Positions 9,240 to 17,772 of a stretch of DNA of 31,489 nucleotides are shown here, piece after piece. The stretch comes from Promethearchaeota archaeon (GTDB taxonomy: Archaea > Asgardarchaeota > Lokiarchaeia > Sigyniarchaeales > SOKP01), in NCBI GenBank assembly GCA_016839585.1, contig JAEOTZ010000062.1:1-31489 (forward strand), in the 5' to 3' direction. Under the pieces are notes generated by a model, which ran no database searches, had not been told where the DNA came from, and was given only the letters and a program-made list of their open reading frames with translations. Made by a program: the position numbers and the translations under genes. The stretch's first letter is position 1. Every line of letters begins with the position of its first letter.

Positions 9240-10214
9240 TTAAAATCTTAGTCCAAAAATTAATGCACAAAATAGTATTCCTGTAATTAGATCTGCTGTA
9301 GTTCCAGGATTCATTTTTCCACCTTTTCCTTGTAGTTCGTTATCTAGATTTAATGTTAATTTTAAGCCTTCATCAGAAGAAATCCCTCCTACTTGTAAAA
9401 TTTTTAAGGCTAAATTAGAGACATATTGTGCTGATTTTAACCCTGATTTCCTGATAATTAATGTATCAGGATGTGTTGAAAGTAATTTTAAATATGTATT
9501 AACTGTGGCAATATTTATATCATTATATTGATTGAATGCTCTAATAAAATAAGGTAGCCCTTCATTTAATATTATGTTGAAACCTGTTGAATATTCAAGG
9601 CTTATTAAGTCATAATCTTTGGAATATTCAAATATTCGTTTTAAAGTCATCTTATCTTTTTGAATCTCTTGTATTGAATGATCATCACCAACATCATATT
9701 TTTTGATTTTGCCTAAACCTCCAGGATTGCATATCCTTATAGCTTCATAGAGATTTATCGTATCAATTACAGTAGAATCATCAATAATTTTATTCAGGTA
9801 ATAATTAAAATCATCAAAATTGGCTTTACTTAATTTTAGACATATTGCGGTAGCACCAACTAGAGGTGCTAATATTAAAATATGCCCTAAAAGAACATTT
9901 CCACCCATTTGCCAGTTCATCATTTCTTTAGCAGCATCTTTAAAAAAATCACCTAACCTAATGAAATTGAAATTTTGACTTTTTTTAATTGAAGCTGCTT
10001 GAATATTTTCACATAATTTTCTGAAATTAGGTTGAATTGCTGCTATTCCTGCTAATAAATGTTCAAATCTGGTGTTATCAAAATCTTTAGTACGATGTAT
10101 GTTGCCAATTTTTGGCCAACCAGCTACTTCTAATAAACTTGCTAAATTAATACATCGTAGTAAATCATCTATTGATTTGATTGAAAAATTAAAATTAATA
10201 TTTTTTAAAGACAC
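9240..10214 (-). CDS. citG: CitG family (triphosphoribosyl-dephospho-CoA synthase-like) protein
   Basis: A.LLEV...PK.GN.H...DF, GN..LG...L.APL, PGGLG, PDTLI.RK.G and NPGTTADL are characteristic of archaeal-type CitG homologues; GTG start. Confidence 0.88.
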   Translation of the reverse strand: MSLKNINFNFSIKSIDDLLRCINLASLLEVAGWPKIGNIHRTKDFDNTRFEHLLAGIAAIQPNFRKLCENIQAASIKKSQNFNFIRLGDFFKDAAKEMMNWQMGGNVLLGHILILAPLVGATAICLKLSKANFDDFNYYLNKIIDDSTVIDTINLYEAIRICNPGGLGKIKKYDVGDDHSIQEIQKDKMTLKRIFEYSKDYDLISLEYSTGFNIILNEGLPYFIRAFNQYNDINIATVNTYLKLLSTHPDTLIIRKSGLKSAQYVSNLALKILQVGGISSDEGLKLTLNLDNELQGKGGKMNPGTTADLITGILFCALIFGLRF

Positions 10215-10262
10215 AATTAGTAATGTTTTTAGTAATTTAATTAATTTTTAAGAAAAGTAGAT

Positions 10263-10574
10263 TTAATAATAACTCAATTCAATAATTCTTCTCTCTTTTA
10301 CAGAATATCCTTCTTTATCCATGGTTTTAAACGAGATTGGTCTAAATTCTTCCTTTAAACCGTTCTTATAAAGAAATTTTTTTATTCTAAGTCTAATTGC
10401 TCTCTTCGATAATTTACTAGGCATTTCAATATCAAGATCATTGCCACTACGATTAATATTAATTTGAGGTAGGGCTTCACTCATAAATCTAATTAGATCA
10501 ATAACGTACTGATCACTTTTAAAACTTAAATCTTTAACATTAATCGTAATTTGCTTAGTTGTTGCGTCACTCAT
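10263..10574 (-). CDS. rpl22e: Ribosomal protein eL22 (L22e) homologue
   Basis: LSKRAIRLRIKKFLYKNGLKEEFRPIS....EGYSV aligns by eye with eukaryotic eL22 [27 protein letters not shown]...YEL; small basic protein of 103 aa. Confidence 0.85.
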   Translation of the reverse strand: MSDATTKQITINVKDLSFKSDQYVIDLIRFMSEALPQININRSGNDLDIEMPSKLSKRAIRLRIKKFLYKNGLKEEFRPISFKTMDKEGYSVKERRIIELSYY

Positions 10575-10698
10575 AATTTATTCAGTTTGGGAATTATTCA
10601 CTCTATAAGATAATTAAAAATCTTATTAATTTTTTATGATTTTATTCGTATATTGTATTATCATTTTAAATTGAGTTAATTTTTTTTCTAAAAAGTAA

Positions 10699-11991
10699 AT
10701 GGTGCAAAAAATGGTGCATTATATTGATTTAAATTATGAGCCTACCAAAGACGATCTTCTTGCAATGTATTATGTCGAAAAATCTATAGATTGTAAATCT
10801 TTCGAGCAAGCTTGCGAGGAAATCGCAAAAGAAAGTTCAATTGGAACATGGACTGATATTGTAACAATGTCAGAGGATATAGCTGAAAAACTAAGACCTT
10901 CTGCTTATTATATTGATGAACCTCGGGGAATAGTAAAAATAGCATATACTAAAGATCTGTTTGAAGCTGGCAATATATCTCAGATTTTAAGTGCTATTGC
11001 CGGTAACATTTATGGAATGAAGGCAATAGACAATTTAAGACTATTAGATATTTCTTTTCCAAAAAGTATGGTAGAGGCTTATAAAGGACCAAAATTTGGG
11101 ATAAAAGGGATAAGAAAATTAACAAAGGTAACGGATCGCCCCTTGCTTGGCACGATTGTAAAACCGAAAGTAGGATTAAATGAAATAGAACACGCAAAAG
11201 TGTGTGGTCAGGCATGGTCCGGAGGCTTAGATATTGTAAAAGATGATGAAAATTTAACAAGCATGACATTTAATAAATTTGAGAAAAGAATTGAGGAAAC
11301 TTTAAAAATTCGAGACAAAGTAGAGGCTCAAACGGGAGAGAAAAAGATCTATATGCCAAATATTACAGCTCCCTTAAGTATAATGAAAAAGAGAGCTGAC
11401 CACGTTATTAACCATGGTGGTGAATATCTAATGCTTGACTTTCTTACAGTGGGGTTCTCTGCATTACAAGAAATTAGAGATTATCTTAATGATAAAAATA
11501 TAGTAATTCATGCTCACAGAGCCATGCATGCTGCTCTAACTCGAAATAAAAAGCATGGAATGACGATGTTGGCATTATCTAAGATCATGAGATTGATAGG
11601 AATGGATCAACTTCACACGGGTACAATTGTGGGAAAAATGGAGGGAGGAAAACGAGAGGTCTTAGAATGTAATAAAATTCTCACTGCACAAAAGAATTTT
11701 GATAATAATAAAACCATGCTTGATCAGGATTGGGGGATTATTAAATCAACTTTACCTGTAGCATCTGGAGGTTTAAGTCCCTTACATGTTCCGGAATTGA
11801 TTGAAATATTGGGTAAGGAGATGGTATATCAGTTTGGAGGAGGGTGCCATGGTCATCCTGATGGAACTGAAGCCGGAGCGAAAGCCATTAGACAAGCTGT
11901 TGAAGCTTCCTTACAAGGATATGAATTAAGAGAATATGCAAAAAATAATTTTGAACTAGCAAAAGCTATTGAAAAATGGGGTAAAAGATAA
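10699..11991 (+). CDS. rbcL: Form III ribulose-1,5-bisphosphate carboxylase (RuBisCO) large subunit
   Basis: ESSIGTW, AGNIYGMK, GTIVKPKVGL, KDDENLTS (carbamylated Lys), HAHRAMH, HTGT.VGKMEG (loop 6 Lys), SGG and QFGGG..GHP. The catalytic set is complete, so this is not a RuBisCO-like protein. Confidence 0.96.
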   Translation: MVQKMVHYIDLNYEPTKDDLLAMYYVEKSIDCKSFEQACEEIAKESSIGTWTDIVTMSEDIAEKLRPSAYYIDEPRGIVKIAYTKDLFEAGNISQILSAIAGNIYGMKAIDNLRLLDISFPKSMVEAYKGPKFGIKGIRKLTKVTDRPLLGTIVKPKVGLNEIEHAKVCGQAWSGGLDIVKDDENLTSMTFNKFEKRIEETLKIRDKVEAQTGEKKIYMPNITAPLSIMKKRADHVINHGGEYLMLDFLTVGFSALQEIRDYLNDKNIVIHAHRAMHAALTRNKKHGMTMLALSKIMRLIGMDQLHTGTIVGKMEGGKREVLECNKILTAQKNFDNNKTMLDQDWGIIKSTLPVASGGLSPLHVPELIEILGKEMVYQFGGGCHGHPDGTEAGAKAIRQAVEASLQGYELREYAKNNFELAKAIEKWGKR

Positions 11992-12002
11992 CTTAATATT
12001 AA

Positions 12003-12935
12003 TTAAACCATTTCTGGATAATATTTAGCAAAATAGGTTGAAACATGGCTCGAAGCAAATATCCCCGCTTCTGTAATTAAACCATCTATGTACCTTCTAC
12101 TTACAGTCTCGAATGCTGGATTTAAAATTTCAATTCCTTCTGGAGGGTTTTCCCATATTTCTTCTGGGTCTCTCATTTCAATAGTTTCTAAAATTCCAAG
12201 ATTGGTTTCAGGATTGTATTTTAATAAAGGAGATGCAACATAAAAAGGTACATGTTCTTCATGAGCTACTAATGCTAGTAATCTTGAACCAATTTTATTA
12301 ATAATAGTTCCCTCAGATGTTATGCTGTCAGCTCCAATTAAAATTAAATTAACCTGATAATGTCTTACAGCCCATCTCATTGCGCTATCAACAACATGAA
12401 TAACTTCTACACCTGCATTCAATAATTTTTGTGCCGTTTTCCGACCTTGCAATCGAGGCTGTGTTTCGGTATTAATTACTTTAAAATCTTTTCCTTTTTT
12501 TTTAGCTTCTAAAAGAATACCAGTGACTAGACTTGAATGACAATGTGTCATTACGATAAATTTTTTACCTGCTGCAGGAAAACGCCTAGCACCTATTTCG
12601 GCAATTCTTTTTTTTGAATTTTGAAGCATATCATAATATTGATTCTTATATTTTTCAATAATATCAGAAATATACTCAGCAATGCAGGTATCTTTTTCTT
12701 GCTCTAATTTATTCATAATAAATTTTAGACCATTTTTCATAGCAGGTTCAGTTGGTCTTGTACTAATTAAAAGATCTCTTGCTTTGTAAAGATTCTCAAA
12801 GCATTTCTCAATATCCTTGGATTTTAATCTTTTAGCGTAACTACTTAAAAAATCAATCGCTTTACTGGCAACATTACTGGCCCCCTGGATCTCTAATGAT
12901 TTTATTTTTTCAGCATCTTTTAATAATTGGTCCAT
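12003..12935 (-). CDS. Ribose-1,5-bisphosphate isomerase (eIF2B/IF-2B family)
   Basis: EIQGA, TRPT, MTHCHS (catalytic Cys), IGADSI (catalytic Asp), INKIGS, NPAFE and ITEAG; adjacent to form III RuBisCO. Confidence 0.87.
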   Translation of the reverse strand: MDQLLKDAEKIKSLEIQGASNVASKAIDFLSSYAKRLKSKDIEKCFENLYKARDLLISTRPTEPAMKNGLKFIMNKLEQEKDTCIAEYISDIIEKYKNQYYDMLQNSKKRIAEIGARRFPAAGKKFIVMTHCHSSLVTGILLEAKKKGKDFKVINTETQPRLQGRKTAQKLLNAGVEVIHVVDSAMRWAVRHYQVNLILIGADSITSEGTIINKIGSRLLALVAHEEHVPFYVASPLLKYNPETNLGILETIEMRDPEEIWENPPEGIEILNPAFETVSRRYIDGLITEAGIFASSHVSTYFAKYYPEMV

Positions 12936-13023
12936 AAATAATCATATCCATTTCCATTCTTTTAAAAAGAATATAAATTCTAATATATAAAATTTGATGT
13001 TATATACTTTATTGTTGATTGTT

Positions 13024-13209
13024 TTAATCTTCTTCTTGATCCATTTTATAGTCTTCTGAATCGACTTCTATATAAAAGCGACCTGTATAGCCACAATTAG
13101 TACATTCAAAGAAGTCAGCACCTAACCAACCCGAAACATTCGTAGCACTTTTTAATTTTGGTTTTTTGCAATTGGGGCAAATTCTAATATTTACCATAAC
13201 AAGTGTCAA
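13024..13209 (-). CDS. Small zinc-ribbon protein (CPNC...CTNCGY.G)
   Basis: Two CxxC knuckles with a GWL linker and an acidic tail; likely start is ATG at 13197. Confidence 0.78.
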   Translation of the reverse strand: MTLVMVNIRICPNCKKPKLKSATNVSGWLGADFFECTNCGYTGRFYIEVDSEDYKMDQEED

Positions 13210-13416
13210 TTTTCACTTATTGATAGCTTAACTAATTTATTAAGTCCTTTACTAGTATATTTTAATTTTGGTTAAATTGTATGATTGTATTTAAAAATAA
13301 TAAATTAAATTTAATCTCCCTTACTATTAATTATATCATATACCCTCTATTTATAAAAATACAAAGATCAATGGACTAATAAATAATTATTCTAATTTAG
13401 TATTTTAATACATTTT

Positions 13417-15246
13417 ATGAAGGAACTAGAACTACAGCGAAAAAGTTTACCAAATGAACCTGGAATTTATTTGTTTATCGATAAAAACGGGACTATTATC
13501 TATATCGGTAAAGCATTGAATCTAAGAAAAAGGGTCAATCAATATTTTTTAAAGACAAGTTATAGTGATCCTTACTATGAAGAAAAGATAAATGAACTCG
13601 TTAAAAACATTCATTCCATTGATTATATTGTAACCCAAAACGAAAAAGAAGCTTTAATTTTAGAAAATATTCAAATAAAGAAACATAAACCCCGCTTTAA
13701 TGTAGTAATGAGGGATTCCAAAACATATCCCTGGGTTGCAATTTTCTACTCAGAAGATTTTCCTAGAATCCGTGTACTTAGAAATCCTCAAAAATTTGGA
13801 AAGGAAAACCTCTACTTAGGTCCCTATACAGACAAAAAGGAGATTATAAGAATATTAAGAGATTTAAGAAAGATTTTTCCCTATTGTTCATGTAAAAAAC
13901 CTGTTAGAAATAGATCTAGACCATGTTTATATTACCAATTAAAATTATGTCCTGGGCCTTGTTTCACATCTATTACTAAAGATGAATATCTAGAGAATAT
14001 TAAAAAAATTGAATTGTTTTTAAAAGGAGAAACAAGTGAACTACAAAAACAACTTAAACAAAAAATGAGTAATGCTGCTAATGAGCAGAATTTTGAGCAG
14101 GCAGCGTTATGGAGAGACAAATTAGAGGATATAGCACATGCCACTGATAAACAATACGTACTATTCGATCAAGTAGCAAATAAAGATGTTATTGGGTATT
14201 TTATAAAGAACAATTATATGTCAATGGTTATTATCCACATTCGAGAGGGGAGAATTACAAAGAAAAGTTCATTTACCTTTGATTTAAGAGAAAAATTAAT
14301 TCATAAAGATTACACTTTTTCTTCTATTTTAGAGCAGTATTACCAAGATTTTAAAACGCAGCTTCCTGATTCTATCGTTATTCCTGAATTAAATAAAAAG
14401 TTTGAATTATTGAAAGGATTCTTAAGAGATATAAAAGAAAACATACAAATAAGAACTCCAATAGATGATTATGAAATTATTTTGCTTCGAATTGCCAATA
14501 AAAACGCTATAGTAATGGTTGAACAGCAAATACAAATGGAAGATATAAAAGTGAATGAACAGGAATATAGAGTAAAAGTTTTAAAGGAAACTAAACGGAT
14601 CCTAAATCTTCCAAAGAAACCTAAGATTATTGAAGGATTTGATATTTCAAATATCGAAGGTAAAGATGCAACAGGATCAATGGTTTATTTCTTAGATGCT
14701 AAACCTTATAATAAAAATTATCGACATTACAAAATTAGATCCAAATCAACTCCGGATGATGTAGCAATGATGAAAGAAGTTATTAAAAGGAGATATACAA
14801 TGCTTTTAGAAAGAAATTTAGAATTACCAGACTTAATATTAGTCGATGGTGGAAAAGGGCAACTAAATGCGGGGGTTTCTATTTTAAATGAATTGGGTCT
14901 TGATATACCAATTATTGGACTAGCTAAAAAGTTTGAAGAAATCTACATTCCTGAAGAGAAAGAACCGATTGTACTTCCAGAAGATTCCTTAACTTTAAAA
15001 TTATTTCAAAGAGTGCGTGATGAGGCTCATAGGTTCGCCGTAAGATTACATAAAAAACAAAGAGAAAAGCGTATAGTTGGTTCAGTTTTAGATAATATAA
15101 AAGGTATAGGACCCGCAACTAGGAACAAATTGCTTAAGCATTTTGGGAGTGTAAAAAATATAAAAATTGCTTCTAAAGAGGAACTTTCTAAAATAGTAGG
15201 AAAAAAATTAGCTGAAAATATTAAAAATAAGTTAGAAGGATTTTGA
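13417..15246 (+). CDS. uvrC: Excinuclease ABC subunit C
   Basis: GIY-YIG (PGIYLF...IYIGKA.NLRKRV), Cys cluster (C...CLYYQLKLCPGPC), UVR domain (FEQAALWRD), RNase H-like domain (FDISN, DD.AMM.EV..RRY, LVDGGKGQ, RDEAHRFA) and C-terminal HhH (IKGIGP). Confidence 0.97.
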   Translation: MKELELQRKSLPNEPGIYLFIDKNGTIIYIGKALNLRKRVNQYFLKTSYSDPYYEEKINELVKNIHSIDYIVTQNEKEALILENIQIKKHKPRFNVVMRDSKTYPWVAIFYSEDFPRIRVLRNPQKFGKENLYLGPYTDKKEIIRILRDLRKIFPYCSCKKPVRNRSRPCLYYQLKLCPGPCFTSITKDEYLENIKKIELFLKGETSELQKQLKQKMSNAANEQNFEQAALWRDKLEDIAHATDKQYVLFDQVANKDVIGYFIKNNYMSMVIIHIREGRITKKSSFTFDLREKLIHKDYTFSSILEQYYQDFKTQLPDSIVIPELNKKFELLKGFLRDIKENIQIRTPIDDYEIILLRIANKNAIVMVEQQIQMEDIKVNEQEYRVKVLKETKRILNLPKKPKIIEGFDISNIEGKDATGSMVYFLDAKPYNKNYRHYKIRSKSTPDDVAMMKEVIKRRYTMLLERNLELPDLILVDGGKGQLNAGVSILNELGLDIPIIGLAKKFEEIYIPEEKEPIVLPEDSLTLKLFQRVRDEAHRFAVRLHKKQREKRIVGSVLDNIKGIGPATRNKLLKHFGSVKNIKIASKEELSKIVGKKLAENIKNKLEGF

Positions 15247-16674
15247 AATAACTAATTTTACAAGTTCTGCTGTTGTCTGGCAATAAATTCTAGCTAATGA
15301 TTTCCTTTTAGCCTCACATATAATGCGAATAATAGGTTCTGTATTGGAAGGATGAATCAAAACGAACCAATCTTTATCTTTACCAAATCTAAGGTCCCAA
15401 CCAACTTGAGAAACAATTTCTCCTTCATCAATCAGTTCTTTCTTGGTCTGATTTATAATAAAATCTATATTATGTTCCAAAACATCAATTTTCTCTCTAT
15501 GAGCATAATATTTTGGCAGTAAAGAAACTAAATTAGAAATCTTTTTTTTATTAGATATTAATATTTCTATAATTTTAGCTGCTGCGAATATCCCATCTCT
15601 AGTATTGTTAAAATGGGGGAGCATTACGCCACCACAAGATCCTTCTCCACCAAAAATCAAGCAATTTTCATTATTTAACTTACACTCTTGTAATAGAGAA
15701 TTCATTTCCTTAGATAAAAATCTTTCTCCTATGGGTGTTCGAATAATTTGAGCATTATATTTTTCAGCAAGAACTTCAAACATTAAAGATGACGCTAAAT
15801 TTGTTACAAAAATTATTTTATCATAATTATCAGTATGTTTTTTAAGATAATTTTCAGTAATAAGTGCTAAACCAACATCTTCAGGATAACATACCCCATT
15901 ATCTCCAATAATAGCCAATCTATCAGCATCACTGTCATGGGCAAACCCTATATCATAGTCACCTTGCCTAACTTCCACTATTAAGTCATTTAAATTCTTT
16001 TCTATAGGTTCTATTTCCCGAGGAAATTTGGAATTATCCAATAAATTATTATTAATTACTTTAACTTTGCATCCCATTCTTTCAAGTATTTGAGGAGTAG
16101 CACATTTTCCGGCTCCCGCTCCAGTATCAATTGCAACATTTAGATCATTTTGCTTTCTTAATTGCTCTAAGTTAATATATTTAAATAATTCGTTGACATA
16201 TTCGGGTATTGGATTCAAATTTACTATTTTTTGGCTTAAAAAAGAATTTTTGAAGTGGTACGAATCTAAATCAATTTTATTTAAGTTATTAGAAATTTGA
16301 TGAAGATCCGAGTTGCTTAAATATGTTGTTTTTGAGAGTAGTTTTATACCATTCCATTCTTGTGGATTATGAGATCCCGTTATGATAATCCCTGCTGGTA
16401 TATCTAAACTATTTTTAGCATGAATAATAATTGGGGTCGGACAGACTCCAACATTTGTGATAGTAAAACCAGTTGCGATTAAACCTTCAGTGATTGCTTT
16501 TTCAATTAATTCTCCGCTTGGTCTAGTATCTCTTCCTATTATTACTTTTTTGTCCTTATTTCTAAAACATAACCCAAAAGAAATAGCTATTTTTTTAACA
16601 ATCTCATAATTTAAGTTTTTCCCTACAATTCCTCTAATTCCACTAAAGGTAAAAATTAGATTATTAGGTTGCAT
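15232..16674 (-). CDS. Alpha-D-phosphohexomutase superfamily enzyme (PGM/PMM/GlmM/phosphopentomutase-like)
   Basis: SGIRG, GRDTR.SG, PTP, catalytic TGSHNP, metal loop DSDADR, sugar loop GGEGSCGG and phosphate loop HPSNTEP; its 3' end overlaps uvrC by 15 bp. Confidence 0.92.
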   Translation of the reverse strand: MQPNNLIFTFSGIRGIVGKNLNYEIVKKIAISFGLCFRNKDKKVIIGRDTRPSGELIEKAITEGLIATGFTITNVGVCPTPIIIHAKNSLDIPAGIIITGSHNPQEWNGIKLLSKTTYLSNSDLHQISNNLNKIDLDSYHFKNSFLSQKIVNLNPIPEYVNELFKYINLEQLRKQNDLNVAIDTGAGAGKCATPQILERMGCKVKVINNNLLDNSKFPREIEPIEKNLNDLIVEVRQGDYDIGFAHDSDADRLAIIGDNGVCYPEDVGLALITENYLKKHTDNYDKIIFVTNLASSLMFEVLAEKYNAQIIRTPIGERFLSKEMNSLLQECKLNNENCLIFGGEGSCGGVMLPHFNNTRDGIFAAAKIIEILISNKKKISNLVSLLPKYYAHREKIDVLEHNIDFIINQTKKELIDEGEIVSQVGWDLRFGKDKDWFVLIHPSNTEPIIRIICEAKRKSLARIYCQTTAELVKLVISKSF

Positions 16675-16692
16675 ATTTGTTATAAAAAGTGT

Positions 16693-17712
16693 TTAGCTTA
16701 AAGGAATAATTTTATTCCCTTCCAGTTTGTATTTAACAAAAGCGAGAGCTCCTCTTAAACCAATTTCATTTATATATTTAGTTACTTTGATTTCAGGAGG
16801 ATGATTTACTGTGAATTGAATTGGGTTTGCTTTATATTGTTCTCTTATAGGAGGTAAAATTATATCATGATCTTTCATCAATGCTCCACCAAAGTATATC
16901 GAAGAGCAATCAAAGAAATTATTAATTAGACCAATACCAACCATACTATAAAATATACAACTATCGACAATATGTTTAGAGAATTTATCTCCTCCTCTTG
17001 CAGCTTGTAGGATTTCTTTGGCTGTTATTTTAGATTTATCACCATCCACTAAATGCATTAATATTTTAGCATCTAAACTACTTGTTTCAAGTGCTTCTAA
17101 AGCTCTATCCTTAACTCCAGTACCCGAACTATATACCTCCCAACATCCATTTGCACCACAATTACATTGATGAATACTTCGGGGTTCAACAATACCATGC
17201 CCAACTTCTGCCGCATTCCCTTCCTTCCCAAGTAATAAACGTCCGTTACAAATTACACCTCCTCCTATTCCTGTTGACATGGTGATATAGACTAAATTAT
17301 CTTTTTCATCTTCATCTGCTTCAAAAAAGTGAATCCCTAAAACTGAAGCATTACCATCATTTATTAAAAATATTGGACATTTGGAATATACTTGTCCTAT
17401 AGGTTCTTTTAATGGAATTGTTTTAAAACCTAAATTAGCGTTATTAAAAACTATTCCCTTTTCTACATCTAAAGGTCCAGCAGAAGCTAAACCAATCCCT
17501 ATTAATTGATCTCTACTTATATTATTTTCAGTTAGTAAATCGGAGATCAGCAATATTACAGATTTGCTAATTGAATATTCATTTTCTTTTAAGGTTTTAG
17601 TAACCTTGGTTTTAATGTTTTCTTCTTTTAAATCTGGTGTACAAATACCAACTCGAATCCATGTTCCTCCAATATCTACTCCAACAATGATTTTCTCATC
17701 CATTTTTATCAC
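16693..17712 (-). CDS. ROK family sugar kinase (glucokinase-like)
   Basis: GVDIGGT, AGPLD, INDGNA, STGIGGG, G..GNAAEVGH and the Zn motif CNCGANGCWE; no N-terminal HTH, so a kinase rather than a repressor. Likely start is ATG at 17703. Confidence 0.92.
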   Translation of the reverse strand: MIKMDEKIIVGVDIGGTWIRVGICTPDLKEENIKTKVTKTLKENEYSISKSVILLISDLLTENNISRDQLIGIGLASAGPLDVEKGIVFNNANLGFKTIPLKEPIGQVYSKCPIFLINDGNASVLGIHFFEADEDEKDNLVYITMSTGIGGGVICNGRLLLGKEGNAAEVGHGIVEPRSIHQCNCGANGCWEVYSSGTGVKDRALEALETSSLDAKILMHLVDGDKSKITAKEILQAARGGDKFSKHIVDSCIFYSMVGIGLINNFFDCSSIYFGGALMKDHDIILPPIREQYKANPIQFTVNHPPEIKVTKYINEIGLRGALAFVKYKLEGNKIIPLS

Positions 17713-17772
17713 AGTATTAGATCTTTATTATAATTAGTTTAATATAAAAAAAATAATAAATTAATTCAATAT

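Noticed and set aside
10699-11991. Calvin-cycle autotrophy or a form IV RuBisCO-like protein
   Set aside because: The catalytic residues are complete, so it is not form IV; there is no phosphoribulokinase or small subunit, and the adjacent R15P isomerase points to nucleoside/pentose salvage.
7562-15118. Nested or antisense ORFs 7562..7783, 8948..9202, 10994..11269, 13932..14144 and 14924..15118
   Set aside because: All overlap well-supported genes on the opposite strand and lack recognisable features.
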